From Mobula hypostoma (Eukaryota), in NCBI RefSeq assembly GCF_963921235.1, contig NC_086108.1:113214001-113278000 (forward strand): a stretch of 64,000 nt of DNA, read 5' to 3'. Positions 24,608-36,743 of this stretch are shown here, piece by piece; the first letter of the stretch is position 1, and every line of letters starts with the position of its first letter. The notes below the pieces were generated by a model. The model saw only the letters and a program-made list of their open reading frames with translations, had not been told where the DNA came from and ran no database searches. Position numbers and translations under genes: made by a program.

Positions 24608-27378
24608 GGGGGGGCGTCACGTGATGACGTGGGATTGAGACGTGTAAATCCAGCTCTCCCATAAAAAATTAGCAAAGTACCGTTTAAACAAAACAAAGTT
24701 AATAAGTACTTTCCGAAAACTGTTTACGACTTTGCAAGACTACTTTACGATATGCCTCCTAAACCGCAACAGAAGAAGTCTGTTGTTGTGAAGTCGCTGC
24801 GAGATGGGAAGTAAAAAGGGCCTACTGCAGCGATGGAGCCTCGGACTCAGGTTAGATCTCTTTTGGAGGAGATGCGTTCTATCTCCGCCATAGAACAGGG
24901 AGCAATGGCGGCGGTAGCGGTCTCTCAGAAGAAGGTGCTGGAAATGCGCATGCGCAAAGAAGAATGCATGCGCAAATCGATACAACTCAAACTACAAGAA
25001 CCAACAGCCACTGCAACTGAAAGTGACTCAGAGTCAGAATCGGATACCGCAGAGAATACAGATGAAGAAGAGGCGGAAGAACTGGAAGAGATTGGAACTA
25101 AAGGAGATGACGGAGACATAAGAGAAGCTTTATTGCAATTAACGGCTGAAGTAAGAAAAGTAAGAGCAGAGTTTAGAGACATGAAGATGTGCTATAATAA
25201 AGCTATGAAAAGACAGGATAAAATGGATAAGAAGCTTCAGGAGATGGAAAGAAAAATGGAGCATATTAATGATAGAGTGGAAAAAACAGAAAATGACCTG
25301 CTTGTCTGGAACACGGAAAGAAATCGACTCTTGGAGAAAATGGATAGGTTGGAAAATTTTAGTAGACGTAATAATATTAAGATTGTTGGTCTTAAAGAAG
25401 GTATGGAGGGAGGAAATCCAATAAAATTTTTTCAAAGATGGATCCCGGAAGTTTTGCAAATGAAAGAGGAGGACCGATTAATTGAAATTGAGCGGGCACA
25501 TAGAGCTCTAAGACCAAAACCACAAGATGACCAATATCCACGAGCAATTTTAATAAAATTCTTAAGATTTCAAGACAAGGAAAGGATTCTACAGGCAGCT
25601 GCCCAAGCTGCCAAGAATAGAAAAGGGCCATTGATGATTCAAGGGAACAAAATTTTTTTCTACCCTGACATAAGTTATGAACTTTTGAAGAGAAGGAAGA
25701 AATTTAATCCAGTGAAAAAAATCCTGTGGGATCATGGTTATCAATTTATATTGCGTTATCCTGCAACCTTGAAGATTTTTTTGACTGGTGAAGAAAAAAG
25801 ATTTTTTGATGATTACCGGGAAGCGGAGCAGTTTGTGCGAGATTCTCTGAATATTCACCAGGTACAAGAACAAAACCAGGGGAGCGAGATGGATTGAAGA
25901 AGAAGACTGGGTCAAAGAATGGACTTGTTGGATTTTTGAGGGCGGATGAATATATAAATATATTACTAATTATATGAGGGAGGGGAAGTAAGGTTAAAAT
26001 TTGAGGAATACTAGTTGGGAATAGTAACATTAATTTTTTTATATATATATAATTTTTTTTGTTGCGGGGGAGCTGGAAGAAGCACTGATCAATTGCTACG
26101 CTAATCATGTGTGCAAGCGTGGCTCTAGCCATGAACCGCAAAATGGAGGGGGGTAGTGTTGTGTATCCTTCATTCACAACATTAGTGGGGGGGGGTATTT
26201 TGTTTTTTCTTTTTTTTTATATCTCATCTATCTTTTTTTTTCTTTTTGCCTGGATGATTGGGGGGGGGGGAACGCACAGCAACATGGTGAAGTTCAAAGA
26301 GATTCCCCAAGGAACTATGAGAGTTGAGAAGCTAAGTAATGTTTTAGATTGGAGTAACTTTGTTAAAAATAATGACTAATTTATTGAATTTTTTGAGTTT
26401 TAATGTTAATGGGCTTAATGGACCAGTGAAAAGAAAAAGAATCTTAACACATATTAAGAAAATGAAGATAGATTCAGCCTTTTTACAGGAAACGCATTTA
26501 ACAGAAACAGAACATCAGAAATTTAAGAGAGATTGGGTGGGTAGTGTTGTAGCGGGGAGTAGCAATTTTTAAGTCAAACCAAGAATGGGAAACAGATCTG
26601 AATATTAATATTGATGAAACAAATTGGTCAAGACTGGGCCTTGACAGTATGATAAATAGAATAAATGTTCGACTTAGATTAGTATAATATAACTTTTTAC
26701 ACCAATTATATATTACACCACAAAAAGTAAATAGATTAAATTCAAACCTATCTGATAAATGCTTTCGGTGTAATCAAGAAATTGGTACTTTTTTACATTC
26801 TACTTGATCTTGTTTTAAAATTCAACCCTTTTGGATAAATTTAAGAGTCTTATTGGAACAAATTACTGGAACTCAACTTCCACATAACTCTGTATTATTT
26901 CTATTAGGTGATATTGAAGGGATAAAGCCAAAACTTAAATGGAATAACTATCAGAAAGAATTTATAAAAATTGCATTGGCAGTAGCTAAGAAGACTATAG
27001 TTGTTACTTGGAAATCTGATTCGTATTTAAGTATGAATCGTTGGAATAATGAAATGGCTAGTTCTATTCCACTCGAAAAAATTACTTATAATTTAAGAGA
27101 TAAATATGGAACATTTTTGAATATCTGGCGCCCTTATTTACAAAAGATAGGATGGCATATTTAATTGCTCTGATAAAGATCTTGGTCCCTTGGGGAAACT
27201 AACGAATAAGTATATTAAATTTATTTTGAATCCCATGGAGCATGTGGAAACCTTCCAATACCCAGGCGGTTCCTTTTTTTTTTCTTTTCTTTTTAGGTAG
27301 GACTATACGGGGAGGGGGGAGGGTAGATTTTATTTTCTATGTATTCACTTTGAAAATTTAATAAAAATTATATTAAAA
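24608..27378 (+). mobile_element. L1-clade element with intact 5' end, ORF1, largely deleted ORF2 and A-rich tail; 15-bp TSD
   Basis: TSD aaagactgttcttac (24593-24607) and aaagtctgttcttac (27379-27393) after TT; ORF2 begins FNVNGLNGPVKRK...FLQETH and jumps near 26570 to the C-terminal CFRC...H...C region. Confidence 0.92.
24752..25897 (+). pseudogene. L1 ORF1p (coiled coil, RRM, CTD); probable native start MPPKPQQKK at 24752, one TAA at 24812-24814, 354 codons open from 24833
   Basis: LENFSRRNNIKIVGLKEG, IEIERAHR, PRAILIKFLRFQDKERIL, FFYPDIS, LRYPATLKI. Confidence 0.9.
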
Positions 27379-27508
27379 AAAGTCTGTTCTTACTACCACA
27401 CTATTTATTCTCTATCTCGCATTTTTTTCTTTTCTTTCTCTCTTTTTGCACTGCCTGTTTATTTATTTATTCGTTCATTCATTCATCTTTACATTGCAAA
27501 CACTTTAG

Positions 27509-27737
27509 AGGTGGGGCAGAGATACACCTCTACCACAGGAGATACAAGGTGCTCCTTCCTCCGCTAGCCTGCCAGTCACCCTTGGAAAAGGTGTGGCATC
27601 TGCTCAGCTCTCCCTCAGTCAGGATCACGTGAAGCCATGGGAGGAGGTGGTGGATGGTTGTACGAGCAGCTGATGCACAACACAAGTCCTGGTTATGCAA
27701 CCACTGACACCAGGCAGACAATCTCTGAAGAGTACTG
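27509..27737 (+). mobile_element. RTE-associated SINE, 3'-truncated
   Basis: Homologous to the reverse complement of 60540-60872. Confidence 0.55.
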
Positions 27738-28405
27738 GCTGAAGGATGGTTGCAGTTGAGAGCTAAGTGTCAATACACATTGTATTGGAGGGATAGGAAG
27801 GTAGGCGGGGGGGGAGGTGGTGTGGCTCTACTGGTAAAGAATGGAATCAAATCAGTGGAAAGATAGGACAACAGAGCAGCAAGGGCATGAGTTTCTGGGA
27901 AAAATGAGAAAAGCGCAGGACATATGTATTCCAAAAATGAAGAAATACTCAAATGGCAAAAGAGTATGAGGACACAGACAGGGTAAAAGCACATAGTCTT
28001 TTTCCCAGGCTGTTCATGTCCCTGCCTCAACTACTTCCCTTGGCATCTTGTTTCATATCCAGACCACCCGCTGGGTGATAAAGTTGCTTTGTAGGTTTCT
28101 ATTAAATCTCTTTTCTCTCACCTTAAACCTAGGCCGTCAAGCTCTTCATTCCCCAACCTTGGGAAAAAGGCTGTTCATTGTAATGGCAAATGGGACTAGT
28201 GTAAATGGGGCATCTGATTCGGCATGGCCTATTTGGGCCACAGGGCCTGTTTCCATGCTATACAACTCTGTAAAAGGGCTTCTTGCAGTCCTTATTCCCA
28301 TCTGGGAGGAACGTTGGTTAACTTGCCCTCTCAAGTGCATTAGCTTTGTTCTTCAGTGTTTACTCACTCAGCGGTATCATTGAACAGCTTCAAGCCGTCA
28401 CTCAC

Positions 28406-28450
28406 CCGAAAACCTTTCGGACCGGGCTTCCCCTGCGGACCTGCCAAACC
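28406..28450 (-). CDS. COL24A1: Collagen exon, 45 bp, GLAGPQGKPGPKGFR
   Basis: ctctctttatctacag|GGT...CGG|gtgagt. Confidence 0.93.
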
Positions 28451-28524
28451 CTGTAGATAAAGAGAGAGTACAGTTAATGAAACATCCTTAAAAGTACATT
28501 ATATTACCCCAGATCCATTAAACA

Positions 28525-28845
28525 GTGGCACGGGTGCCACACAGCTCCGGAGACCTGGGCTCAATCCTGACCTCGGGCCCTGTCTGTGTAGAGTCTGCAC
28601 ATTTTCTCTGTGACTCTGGGTGCTCCGGTTTCCTCCCACATCCAAAAGACTAGCAGGTCGGTGGGTTAAATGACCACTGTAAGTTGTCCCCAGTGTGCGG
28701 GTGAGGGGTGGAATCTTGGGGGAGTTGATGGGAACGTGGGGAGGATGAAATGGGATCAGTGTAGGATGGGTATCAATGGGTGATTATGGTCAGCACAGAT
28801 TATGTGGGCTGAAGGGCCTGTTTCTGTGCTGTATCTTCCAATAAC
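28525..28845 (+). mobile_element. V-SINE (HE1-like)
   Basis: ctgggctcaatcctgacc B-box, gggtgctccggtttcctcccacatccaaaagac V-domain, CR1-like tail gggctgaagggcctgtttctgtgctgt. Confidence 0.8.
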
Positions 28846-29253
28846 ACTACCTATAACAGAATAGGCACAGGTTTCAATGTTGAGTTCCTGTCGATGTATT
28901 GTCTTGCTTGTTGTGATCAATATCTCGAGATTGGAGTGGTTACAAATCTGTCAGTGAATAGTGTTGAATGTAAAATCAGTGGAATGCACTGTACTTTAAT
29001 ACTCTGCCCCTCCATTTGCTATTCCCACCCTGGGGAAAAGTCTGTGTTTGAAATTGTACAATATTGGTGCCCCTCAGTGGCTTTTTATCCTGTCAGGCAG
29101 CGTTTTACTGGATTAATGATACTTGTTACGAGGATATGCAAATGACGTGATCATCAAAATTGTGTATCCATCCCACGTGTGACAAATATACAATGGCTTT
29201 CAATCCAACTTAATCTGCCAGATCGCTTTTCAAAATTGGTCTTTTTCTTTGAA

Positions 29254-29685
29254 ACAAAACACACACAAAACGCTGGAGGAACTCAGTACGTCAGGCAGCA
29301 TCTATGGTGGGGAATAAACAGTCAACATTTTGGGCTGAGACTGTCATCAGGACTGGAAAGGAAGGGGGAAGGAGTCAGAATTAGAGTTGGGAGGAAGAGG
29401 AGGGATACAAGTTAGCAGGTGACAAGTGAGACCAGATGAGGGGAAAGGTGGGTGGGTGGGTGAAGAGGAATGGAGTGAGAAGCTGGGATGATACAGGTGG
29501 AAAAGGTAACGGGCTGGAGAAGGAATCAGAGAGGAGGGGAGAGTAGACCACGGGAGAAAGAGAAGGAGATGGGAACCAGAGGGAGGTGATGGGCAGGTGA
29601 GGTGAAGAGAAAGGGTAAGAGAGGAGCCAGAATGGGGAATGGAAAAGGAGAGAAGGAGGAAGGGGCAGAAATTACCAGAAAAATT
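29254..29685 (-). mobile_element. Penelope-like pLTR with decayed hammerhead (29319-29355)
   Basis: Reverse-complement homology to 57617-58005. Confidence 0.75.
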
Positions 29686-30139
29686 ACCAGGTTCTCAAGA
29701 CTCACAGATCCATAGCACAGAAACAGGCCTCTCAGTGCACTGAATCTGTGCTGACCATTAACCATCTATTGACACTAATAGTTTACGAATCCCAAATGCT
29801 GTCTGTGTAAAGCAGTCAGCATAATCAAAGACCCCATCCACTCCAGACATTTTCTCCTCTTTCTTCTCCCGTTGGGCAGAAGATACAAAAGCCTGAAAGC
29901 ACGTATCACCAGGCTCAAGGCCAGCTTCTACCCCACTGTTATCAGATGACTGAATGGACCTCTAGTTTGATGAGATGGACTCTTGACCTCACCGTCTGCC
30001 ATGCACCTTAGTGTCTGCCTGCACTGCACCTTCTCTGGAACCGTAACACTTCATTCTGTTTCCTTACGGATGGCAGGTAAAACACTTTTTCAATGAACCT
30101 CAGTACAAGTGGCAATGATCAATCAATTATCAACTGTTC

Positions 30140-30350
30140 TCCCAGCAATTTCCCCCACACATGGGGAACAATTTAGGGCAGCCAATTTAACCCACTGACC
30201 CGCACGTCTTTGGGATGTGGGAGGGAACCGCAGCATTTGGGGAATCCCAAGGGGAGAACATGCAAACACAGAAAGCGCCAGAGGTCAGGATCAAACCCAG
30301 GTCTCTGGAGCTATGAGGCCGTAGCTCTCCACGCTGTGCTTCCGTGTCGC
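30140..30350 (-). mobile_element. V-SINE (HE1-like)
   Basis: gacccgcacgtctttgggatgtgggagggaaccg...ggtcaggatcaaacccaggtc. Confidence 0.7.
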
Positions 30351-30481
30351 ACTTGAGGAGAGCTACTTACAGACCTGGTGGGGAAGAGTGGAGGAGTGTG
30401 GCTGATTGGAACATTCTGGTGGGAATATACTGTACTCAACAGTCAGAATATCCAACAGTTTAAACGGCATGGGGTTGTCAT

Positions 30482-31015
30482 GGCCAGGGTAGTGGGGATA
30501 AGCTCCCAATACTTAATAAATGCTCTCAGTGATGTGCATCTCAGATAGCCTCAGACAATCAAGTCCAGCTCCTGGCCTTCACATGTGGCTTAGCAGAATC
30601 GCTTCCACTGACAGGTCAAGGGTCAAAGGTGGGTTACCGGTGCCTTAAAACCAATCACTTCAGGCAGATGGGGAGTACCAGCCATGGCTGGCAGCTCATC
30701 TAGGAGAAGGAAAACTCTGATTTTAAGCCTCCGCTGCTTTGCGGCTACACCCACTCATGAGGAATGCTGCAGGAGAAAACTCCTGAGGAAAAATCCAGAG
30801 CTGGAGTCCCTAAGACAGTCCTACGTCAAGCTCAACACAGACAGCAACTCCTGCAACGCCTCTGATGCCAAACTGCCTTGGTCTCTGCCATTGCTTTGGA
30901 CTCCTTAGCTATGTGGTTAGGGGGAGCCTGCAGCATGGGCAACTGCTTGCTCTTCATTTCACGTTACCTTGACTTGAGAACTGGCTTACCTATCAGGTTG
31001 AGAGCTAAGACGCAA
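30482..31015 (+). mobile_element. RTE-related non-autonomous retroposon
   Basis: gcagctcatctaggagaaggaaaactctgatt motif typical of RTE 5' regions; second partial copy at about 47995-48130. Confidence 0.5.
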
Positions 31016-31702
31016 CATAAGATATAGGAGCAATATTTGGTCGTTTGACCCTTAGAGTCTGCTCCACCATTTCATCATGTCTGATCTATTTTCTCTCTCA
31101 GCCCCAATCTCTTGCTTTTTCCTCCATATCCCTTCATGCCCTGACTAATCAAGAAATTATCACCCTCTGCCTTAAATACACCCAATGACTTGGCCTCCAC
31201 AGCCACCTGTAACAGTAAATTCCACTCTCCAGCTGAAGAAATTCCTCCTCATTTCCATTCTAAACGGATGCCCCTCTATTTTGAGGCTGTGTCCTCTGGT
31301 CTTAGGACTCCCCCACCATGGGAAACATCCTCTCCACATTGAAGCCTTTCCACATTTGATAGGTTCCAATGAGGTCACCCCTCATTCTTCTGAATTCCAT
31401 GGGTACAGGCCCAGAGTCATCAAGTGCTTTTTCTATGACAGCCCTTTCAATCCTGGAATCATTTTTATGAACCCCCTTTGAACTCTGTCCAATGTTAGCA
31501 CATCCCTTCTGAGATGAGGGGCCCAAAACTGCTCACAATACTCCAAGTGAGGCCTCACCAGTATTTTATAAAGCTTCAATATTACATCCTTGCTTTTATA
31601 TTGTTAGCAATATGAATGAAATGAACATAATGAACGCAACATAAGACCATAAGGCATTTGCCTTCCTCACCACGGACTCAACCTGCAAATTAACCTTTAG
31701 GG

Positions 31703-33308
31703 TCTTATCTTATATTTGGAATAATAAAAGTCCTAGACTGAGTAAACCCTTATTGCAGAAATTAAAAAAGGACGGTGGTATGGCTTTGCCAAAGTTTAGA
31801 ATGTATTATTGGGCAATTAATATTCGATATATTACTTTTTGGATTCATTATTCAGACATACATGAATGTCCTTCATGGTTGGATTTGGAGGAAAACTCGG
31901 TGAAGGGGTTCTCTTTGGCCTATTTACTGGGAGCTCCTCTTCTCCTTTTGTTTTCTAAGGTTAGTAGACAAGACTTGAATCCCATTATTAAACATACATT
32001 AAGAATTTGGTTTCAGTTTCATAGATTTTTTGAGTTAAATAATTTTGTTCTTTCTACTAATATCCATCTCAATTATTTAAACCATCAATTTTGGATAAGG
32101 CCTTTTTAATTTGGAAAACCAAGAGAATAACAACTTTTTCAGATTTGTTTTTAGGGGATTGTTTAACTTCTTTTTCTCAGTTAGTGGACAAATATGGTTT
32201 ACCTAATGTACATTTCTTTAAATATTTACAAACTAGGAATTTTTTATGTGGTTTGCTGCCAAATTACCCTTCTGCTTATCCACCTAATATGACAGATGCT
32301 CTCTTTCAGCTTAAACCACTTCAAAAAGGATTGATAGCTATAATTTATAAACGGTTATTGAATTTACGAATGACATCTAACGATAACATTAAACCTGCTT
32401 GGGAATTGGAATTTCAAGAGTCATTTTCAGATAATCGATGCAGTAAAACTTTTCATTTGGTTAATAACTCATCTATTTGTACCCGTCATTCCCTGATACA
32501 GTTCAAGGTAGTGTATCGGGCCCATATGTCAAAGGATAAACTAGCGCGTATTTTTTCCAACATCAATCCTATTTGTGACAGATGTGATATTGAGGTGGCC
32601 ACTTTAACTCATATGTTTTGGTCTTGTATAAAGCTAGGTAACTTTTGGAGAGATGTTTTTAGAACGCTATCAAAAGTCTTGGATCTGGACCTACAACTTA
32701 ATTTACTTATGGTAATCTTTGGGATTATCCCATTGGAAGCAGGAAATTTCCCGTTTCCGCTCAACGTATGATAGCCTTTTCAACTTTATTGGCTAGGAGA
32801 GCCATTTTATTGAAGTGGAAGGATTCTAATCCACCTACTGTCTTTTATTGGCTTTCCTCCATCATGTCCTGTTTAAGTTTAGAGAAAATAAGAAGTCGGA
32901 CATTTGATACACCCTTTAAATTCGAGCAAATCTGGCAACCTTTTATTCAATATTTTCATTTGATTTGATTTATTGCTCTTCCAATTATATTTTTTTTCGA
33001 AGTTTTGGATTTGACCAGAAAGTTTTTCCTTTTTTTTGGTCGTATCCTCAGAATGGACTGCCCAGTCCCTTTTTTTCTTTATCATATAGTGTGTTGGGGG
33101 GGGGGTTCTTCTCATTTAAAAAATTTAAAGTTTTTTTCCCCTCTCTATGAATTAGAATTAGCTGTCTTCTTTTTTATTATATACTACATATTAGCTTAAT
33201 ACTATGTATGATTTTGATAATGTCTATTTCACTTTGTTTGTACTGTTATTGATATATATATTTGAGATAATTCTCCTCTTGTTTGTATATATGCTCTTTT
33301 AAAAAAAA
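31703..33308 (+). mobile_element. 5'-truncated L1-clade element (ORF2 C-terminus, 3' UTR, poly(A))
   Basis: GGMALPKFRMYYWA...CDRCDIEVATLTHMFWSC; TSD aacctttag at 31692-31700 and 33307-33315 after TT. Confidence 0.88.
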
Positions 33309-33533
33309 CCTTTAGAGAATCCTACACACTTTAGGAAATCCTACACAAAGACTCTCAAGTTTCTTTGCACCTCAATTTTTTTTAATTTTCTCTCCATTTA
33401 GAAAATAGTCAACCCTTTCATTTCTTCTACCAAAGTGCACGACCATAGGCAATCTTTGGGATTATCCCATTGGAAGCAGGTACTTCATCTGCCATTTCTT
33501 TGCCCATTCTCAAAATCTAAGTCTTCTGTAGCC

Positions 33534-33652
33534 GTCTCGGCCTGAAACGTCGACTGTCCCTCTTCCTAGAGATGCTGCCTGGCCTGCTGCGTTCACCAGC
33601 AACTTTGATGTGTTTTGCTTGAATTTCCAGCATCTGCAGAATTCCTGTTGTT
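33534..33652 (+). mobile_element. 119-bp Penelope pLTR terminus with 10-bp TSD
   Basis: ttctgtagcc at 33524-33533 and 33653-33662; nearly identical to 12914-13032; begins inside hammerhead stem II. Confidence 0.9.
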
Positions 33653-34871
33653 TTCTGTAGCCTCTCTATTTCCTCAAAACTACCTGCCCTTTCAGCTATC
33701 TTCATTTTGTCTGTAAATTTTGCAACAAACTATCAATTCCATCAGCCAAATCATATAACATAAAAAGAATCGGTTCCAACACAGACCCCCGTGGAACACC
33801 ACTAGTCACTGGCAGCCAACCAGAAAAGGCTCCCTCTATTCCCACTCTTTGCCACCTGCCAATTAGCCAATGCTCAGTCCATGCTAATCAGCAGCTTCAT
33901 GTGAGGGACCTTGTCGAAGGTCTTCTGAAAATCCAAGCACACAACATCCAATGATTCTCCTTTGTCTATCCTACTTGTTACTTCTTCAAATAATTTCAAC
34001 AGATTTGTCAAGCAAGATTTTCCCCTGAGGAAACCATGCTGACTACAGCCCAATTTATTATGTGTCTTCAAGTACTCCAAAACCACATCCTTAACAATTG
34101 ACTCCAACATCTTCCCAATAATTGAGGCTAGACTAACTGCTCTATAAAATTCCCTTTCTTCTGCCTCTCTCCATTCTTGAAGAGTGGAGTGACATTTTAG
34201 TGCTCCAGAACCATGCCAGAACCCATTGATCCTTGAAAGATCATTACTAATGCCTCTACAATCTCTTCAGCCATCTCTTTCAGAACTCTGGGGTGTAGTC
34301 CATCTGTTCCAGGTGACTTATCTATCTTCAGACCTTTCAGTTTCCCAAGAACCTTCTCCCTGGTAATGGCAACTTCACACAGATCTGATCCCTGATACTC
34401 TCATACTTCTGGCAAACCGCTAGGTCTTCCAGCACGAAGACTGATGCTAAACACTTGTTCAGTTTGTCCGCCATTTCCTTGTCCCCCCATTACTACCTCA
34501 CCAGCAACATTTTCCAGCAGTCCAATATCCACTCTTGCCTCTCACTTTATGTGTCTGAAGAAACTTTTGGTATCCTCTTTAATATTATTGGCTAGACTAC
34601 CTTCATTTTCCATCTTTCCTTCTTAATTACCTTTTTAGTTGCCTTCTGTTGGTTTTTAAAAGCTTCCCAATCCTCTAACTTCCCACATTTTTGCTCTATT
34701 ATATGCCCTCTCACATTGCAAACATCCATGGTTGACCTCGACCAGCAGAGGCCTCACAAATGTTGTGGGTGTTCCAACCCACCAGTCTTTTGAGAGAAAC
34801 TAATCAGTAGAATGGGTGAATTTTGAATATATTACAGGAAGGATGTGGAAGCACAGTCACAATAGACTACA

Positions 34872-35398
34872 CTTGGAGTATTGTGTTTAGTTCTGGTCAC
34901 CTCACTATAGGAAGGATGTGGAAGCTTTCGAGAGGGTGCAGAGGAGATTTGCCAGGATGCTCCCTGGATTAGAGAGCACGTCTTATGTGTACGGGTTGAG
35001 TGAGCTAGGGCTTTTCTCTCTGGAGTGAAGGAGGATGAGAGGTGACTTGATAGAGATGTACAAGATGATAAGAGGCATAGATCGAGTGGACAGCCAGAGG
35101 CTTTTTCCCAGACTAATACAAGGGGACATAATTTTAAGGTGTTTGAACTAAAGTTTGGGGTGAGGGACGTCAGGGGCACGTTTTTTAACACAGATAGTGG
35201 TGGGTGCGTGGATGCCAGGGTGATGATAAAGGTTGATAGATTGAGGATGTTTAAGAGACTGTTAGGTAGGTACATGGTTAATAGGAAAGTAGAAGGCTAC
35301 GTAGGAGTGAAGGGTTAGATTGATCTTAGAGTAGATTAAAAGTTTGGCATAACATTGTGGGCCAAAGGGTCTGTACTGTTCGATGTTCTATGTTCTAT
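34872..35398 (+). mobile_element. CR1 LINE 3' fragment
   Basis: cacttggagtattgtgtttagttctggtcacc...; (atgttct)n tail. Confidence 0.8.
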
Positions 35399-35715
35399 CT
35401 TACACCAGGGCTTGAGACTGCTGGTAACCGGACGTCACCCTCAGTGATGTGTGCTTGGAATGGTTATGAAGAGGACCAAGAGGAAGATCCGTATGAGACT
35501 GATGAATTATTGACCCAGATTCTCCCAAGTGGTCAGACAACATCTGTAGTAAGAAAAACACGTTAAGGTTTCCTCTCCGACAACTTTGGTCAGAACATCT
35601 GGCAGCTGGAACATTAACATATCCCACCCGCTGCTGGAAGCTGATTAGTTCAGGGTGAACGGATTGGAAGTTAAACATTATTCCCACTGGAAAATCCAAT
35701 GTACAGTTACTGCAC

Positions 35716-35769
35716 CTGCCTTCCAGGATAGCCCCAAACGCCGGGATTCCCATCCAAGCCAGCTGGACC
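35716..35769 (-). CDS. COL24A1: Collagen exon, 54 bp, GPAGLDGNPGVWGYPGRQ
   Basis: tcttcaccctacag|GGT...CAG|gtgcag; ends in the clade C GYPGRQ motif. Confidence 0.9.
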
Positions 35770-35933
35770 CTGTAGGGTGAAGACACCAAACTTCAAGCTC
35801 AAGTTCAAATTTCAAAGTACATTCACCTTCTTTCAGGCAGCACAAAACAAAGAAACATAACAATAGAATCCACAAGAACCCCAGACAACAGCCATTGAGT
35901 GCTGAGCTGTGTTTGCAGCTACCGGTAGCTCCT

Positions 35934-36544
35934 CAGTGCTGGAATGGCTCCGTGGCTGGGGCCCCCCAGTCATCGGCCTCCTGGATCAGTGCTGGAATGG
36001 CTCCGTGGCTGGGGCCCCCAGTCATCGGCCTCCTGGATCAGTGCTGGAATGGCTCCGTGGCTGGGGCCCCCAGTCATCGGCCTCCTGGATCAGTGCTGGA
36101 ATGGCTCCATGGCTGGGGCCCCCAGTCATCAGCCTCCTGGATCAGTGCTGGAATGGCTCCGTGGCTGGGGCCCCCCAGTCATCGGCCTCCTGGATCAGTG
36201 CTGGAATGGCTCTGTGGCTGGGGCCCCCCAGTCATCGGCCTCCTGGATCAGTGCTGGAATGGCTCCGTGGCTGGGGCCCCCCAGTCATCGGCCTCCTGGA
36301 TCAGTGCTGGAATGGCTCCGTGGCTGGGGCCCCCAGTCATCGGCCTCCTGGATCAGTGCTGGAATGGCTCCGTGGCTGGGGCCCCCAGTCATCGGCCTCC
36401 TGGATCAGTGCTGGAATGGCTCCGTGGCTGGGGCCCCCCAGTCATCGGCCTCCTGGATCAGTGCTGGAATGGCTCCGTGGCTGGGGGCCCCAGTCATCGG
36501 CCTCCTGGATCAGTGCTGGAATGGATCCATGGCTGGGGCCCCCA
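35934..36544. repeat. 52-53 bp GC-rich minisatellite, about 11.6 near-identical copies
   Basis: Unit cagtgctggaatggctccgtggctggggccccc(c)agtcatcggcctcctggat. Confidence 0.97.
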
Positions 36545-36743
36545 GGACTGGCTCTCATTTGAAGACTCTGCTGTTCATGTTCTGTGTATTATTTGTTTAT
36601 TTTTTCTTACTCTTTGCACAATTTGTTCTTTTTTTCTCCACATCAGATGTTTGCCATTACAACAGGCTAAGTTGTTAACTTAATGGTATTACAAGAACAA
36701 CACGAGCATGGATGAAGCAGTGGCTGATAGGCAGGAAAGGTGT

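Larger units (their letters stand above)
31016..34712 (-). mobile_element. CR1 LINE ORF2 3' half, decayed; hosts nested L1 and PLE insertions
   Basis: SQHGFLRGKSCLTNLLKLFEEVT...LDFQKTFDKVPH; RGHSLKIEGHPFRMEMRRNFFS. Confidence 0.88.

Noticed and set aside
35895..36683. Three overlapping 217-262 aa Gly/Pro/Trp-rich ORFs
   Set aside because: They are translations of the 52/53-bp minisatellite, with no Gly-X-Y register or splice context.
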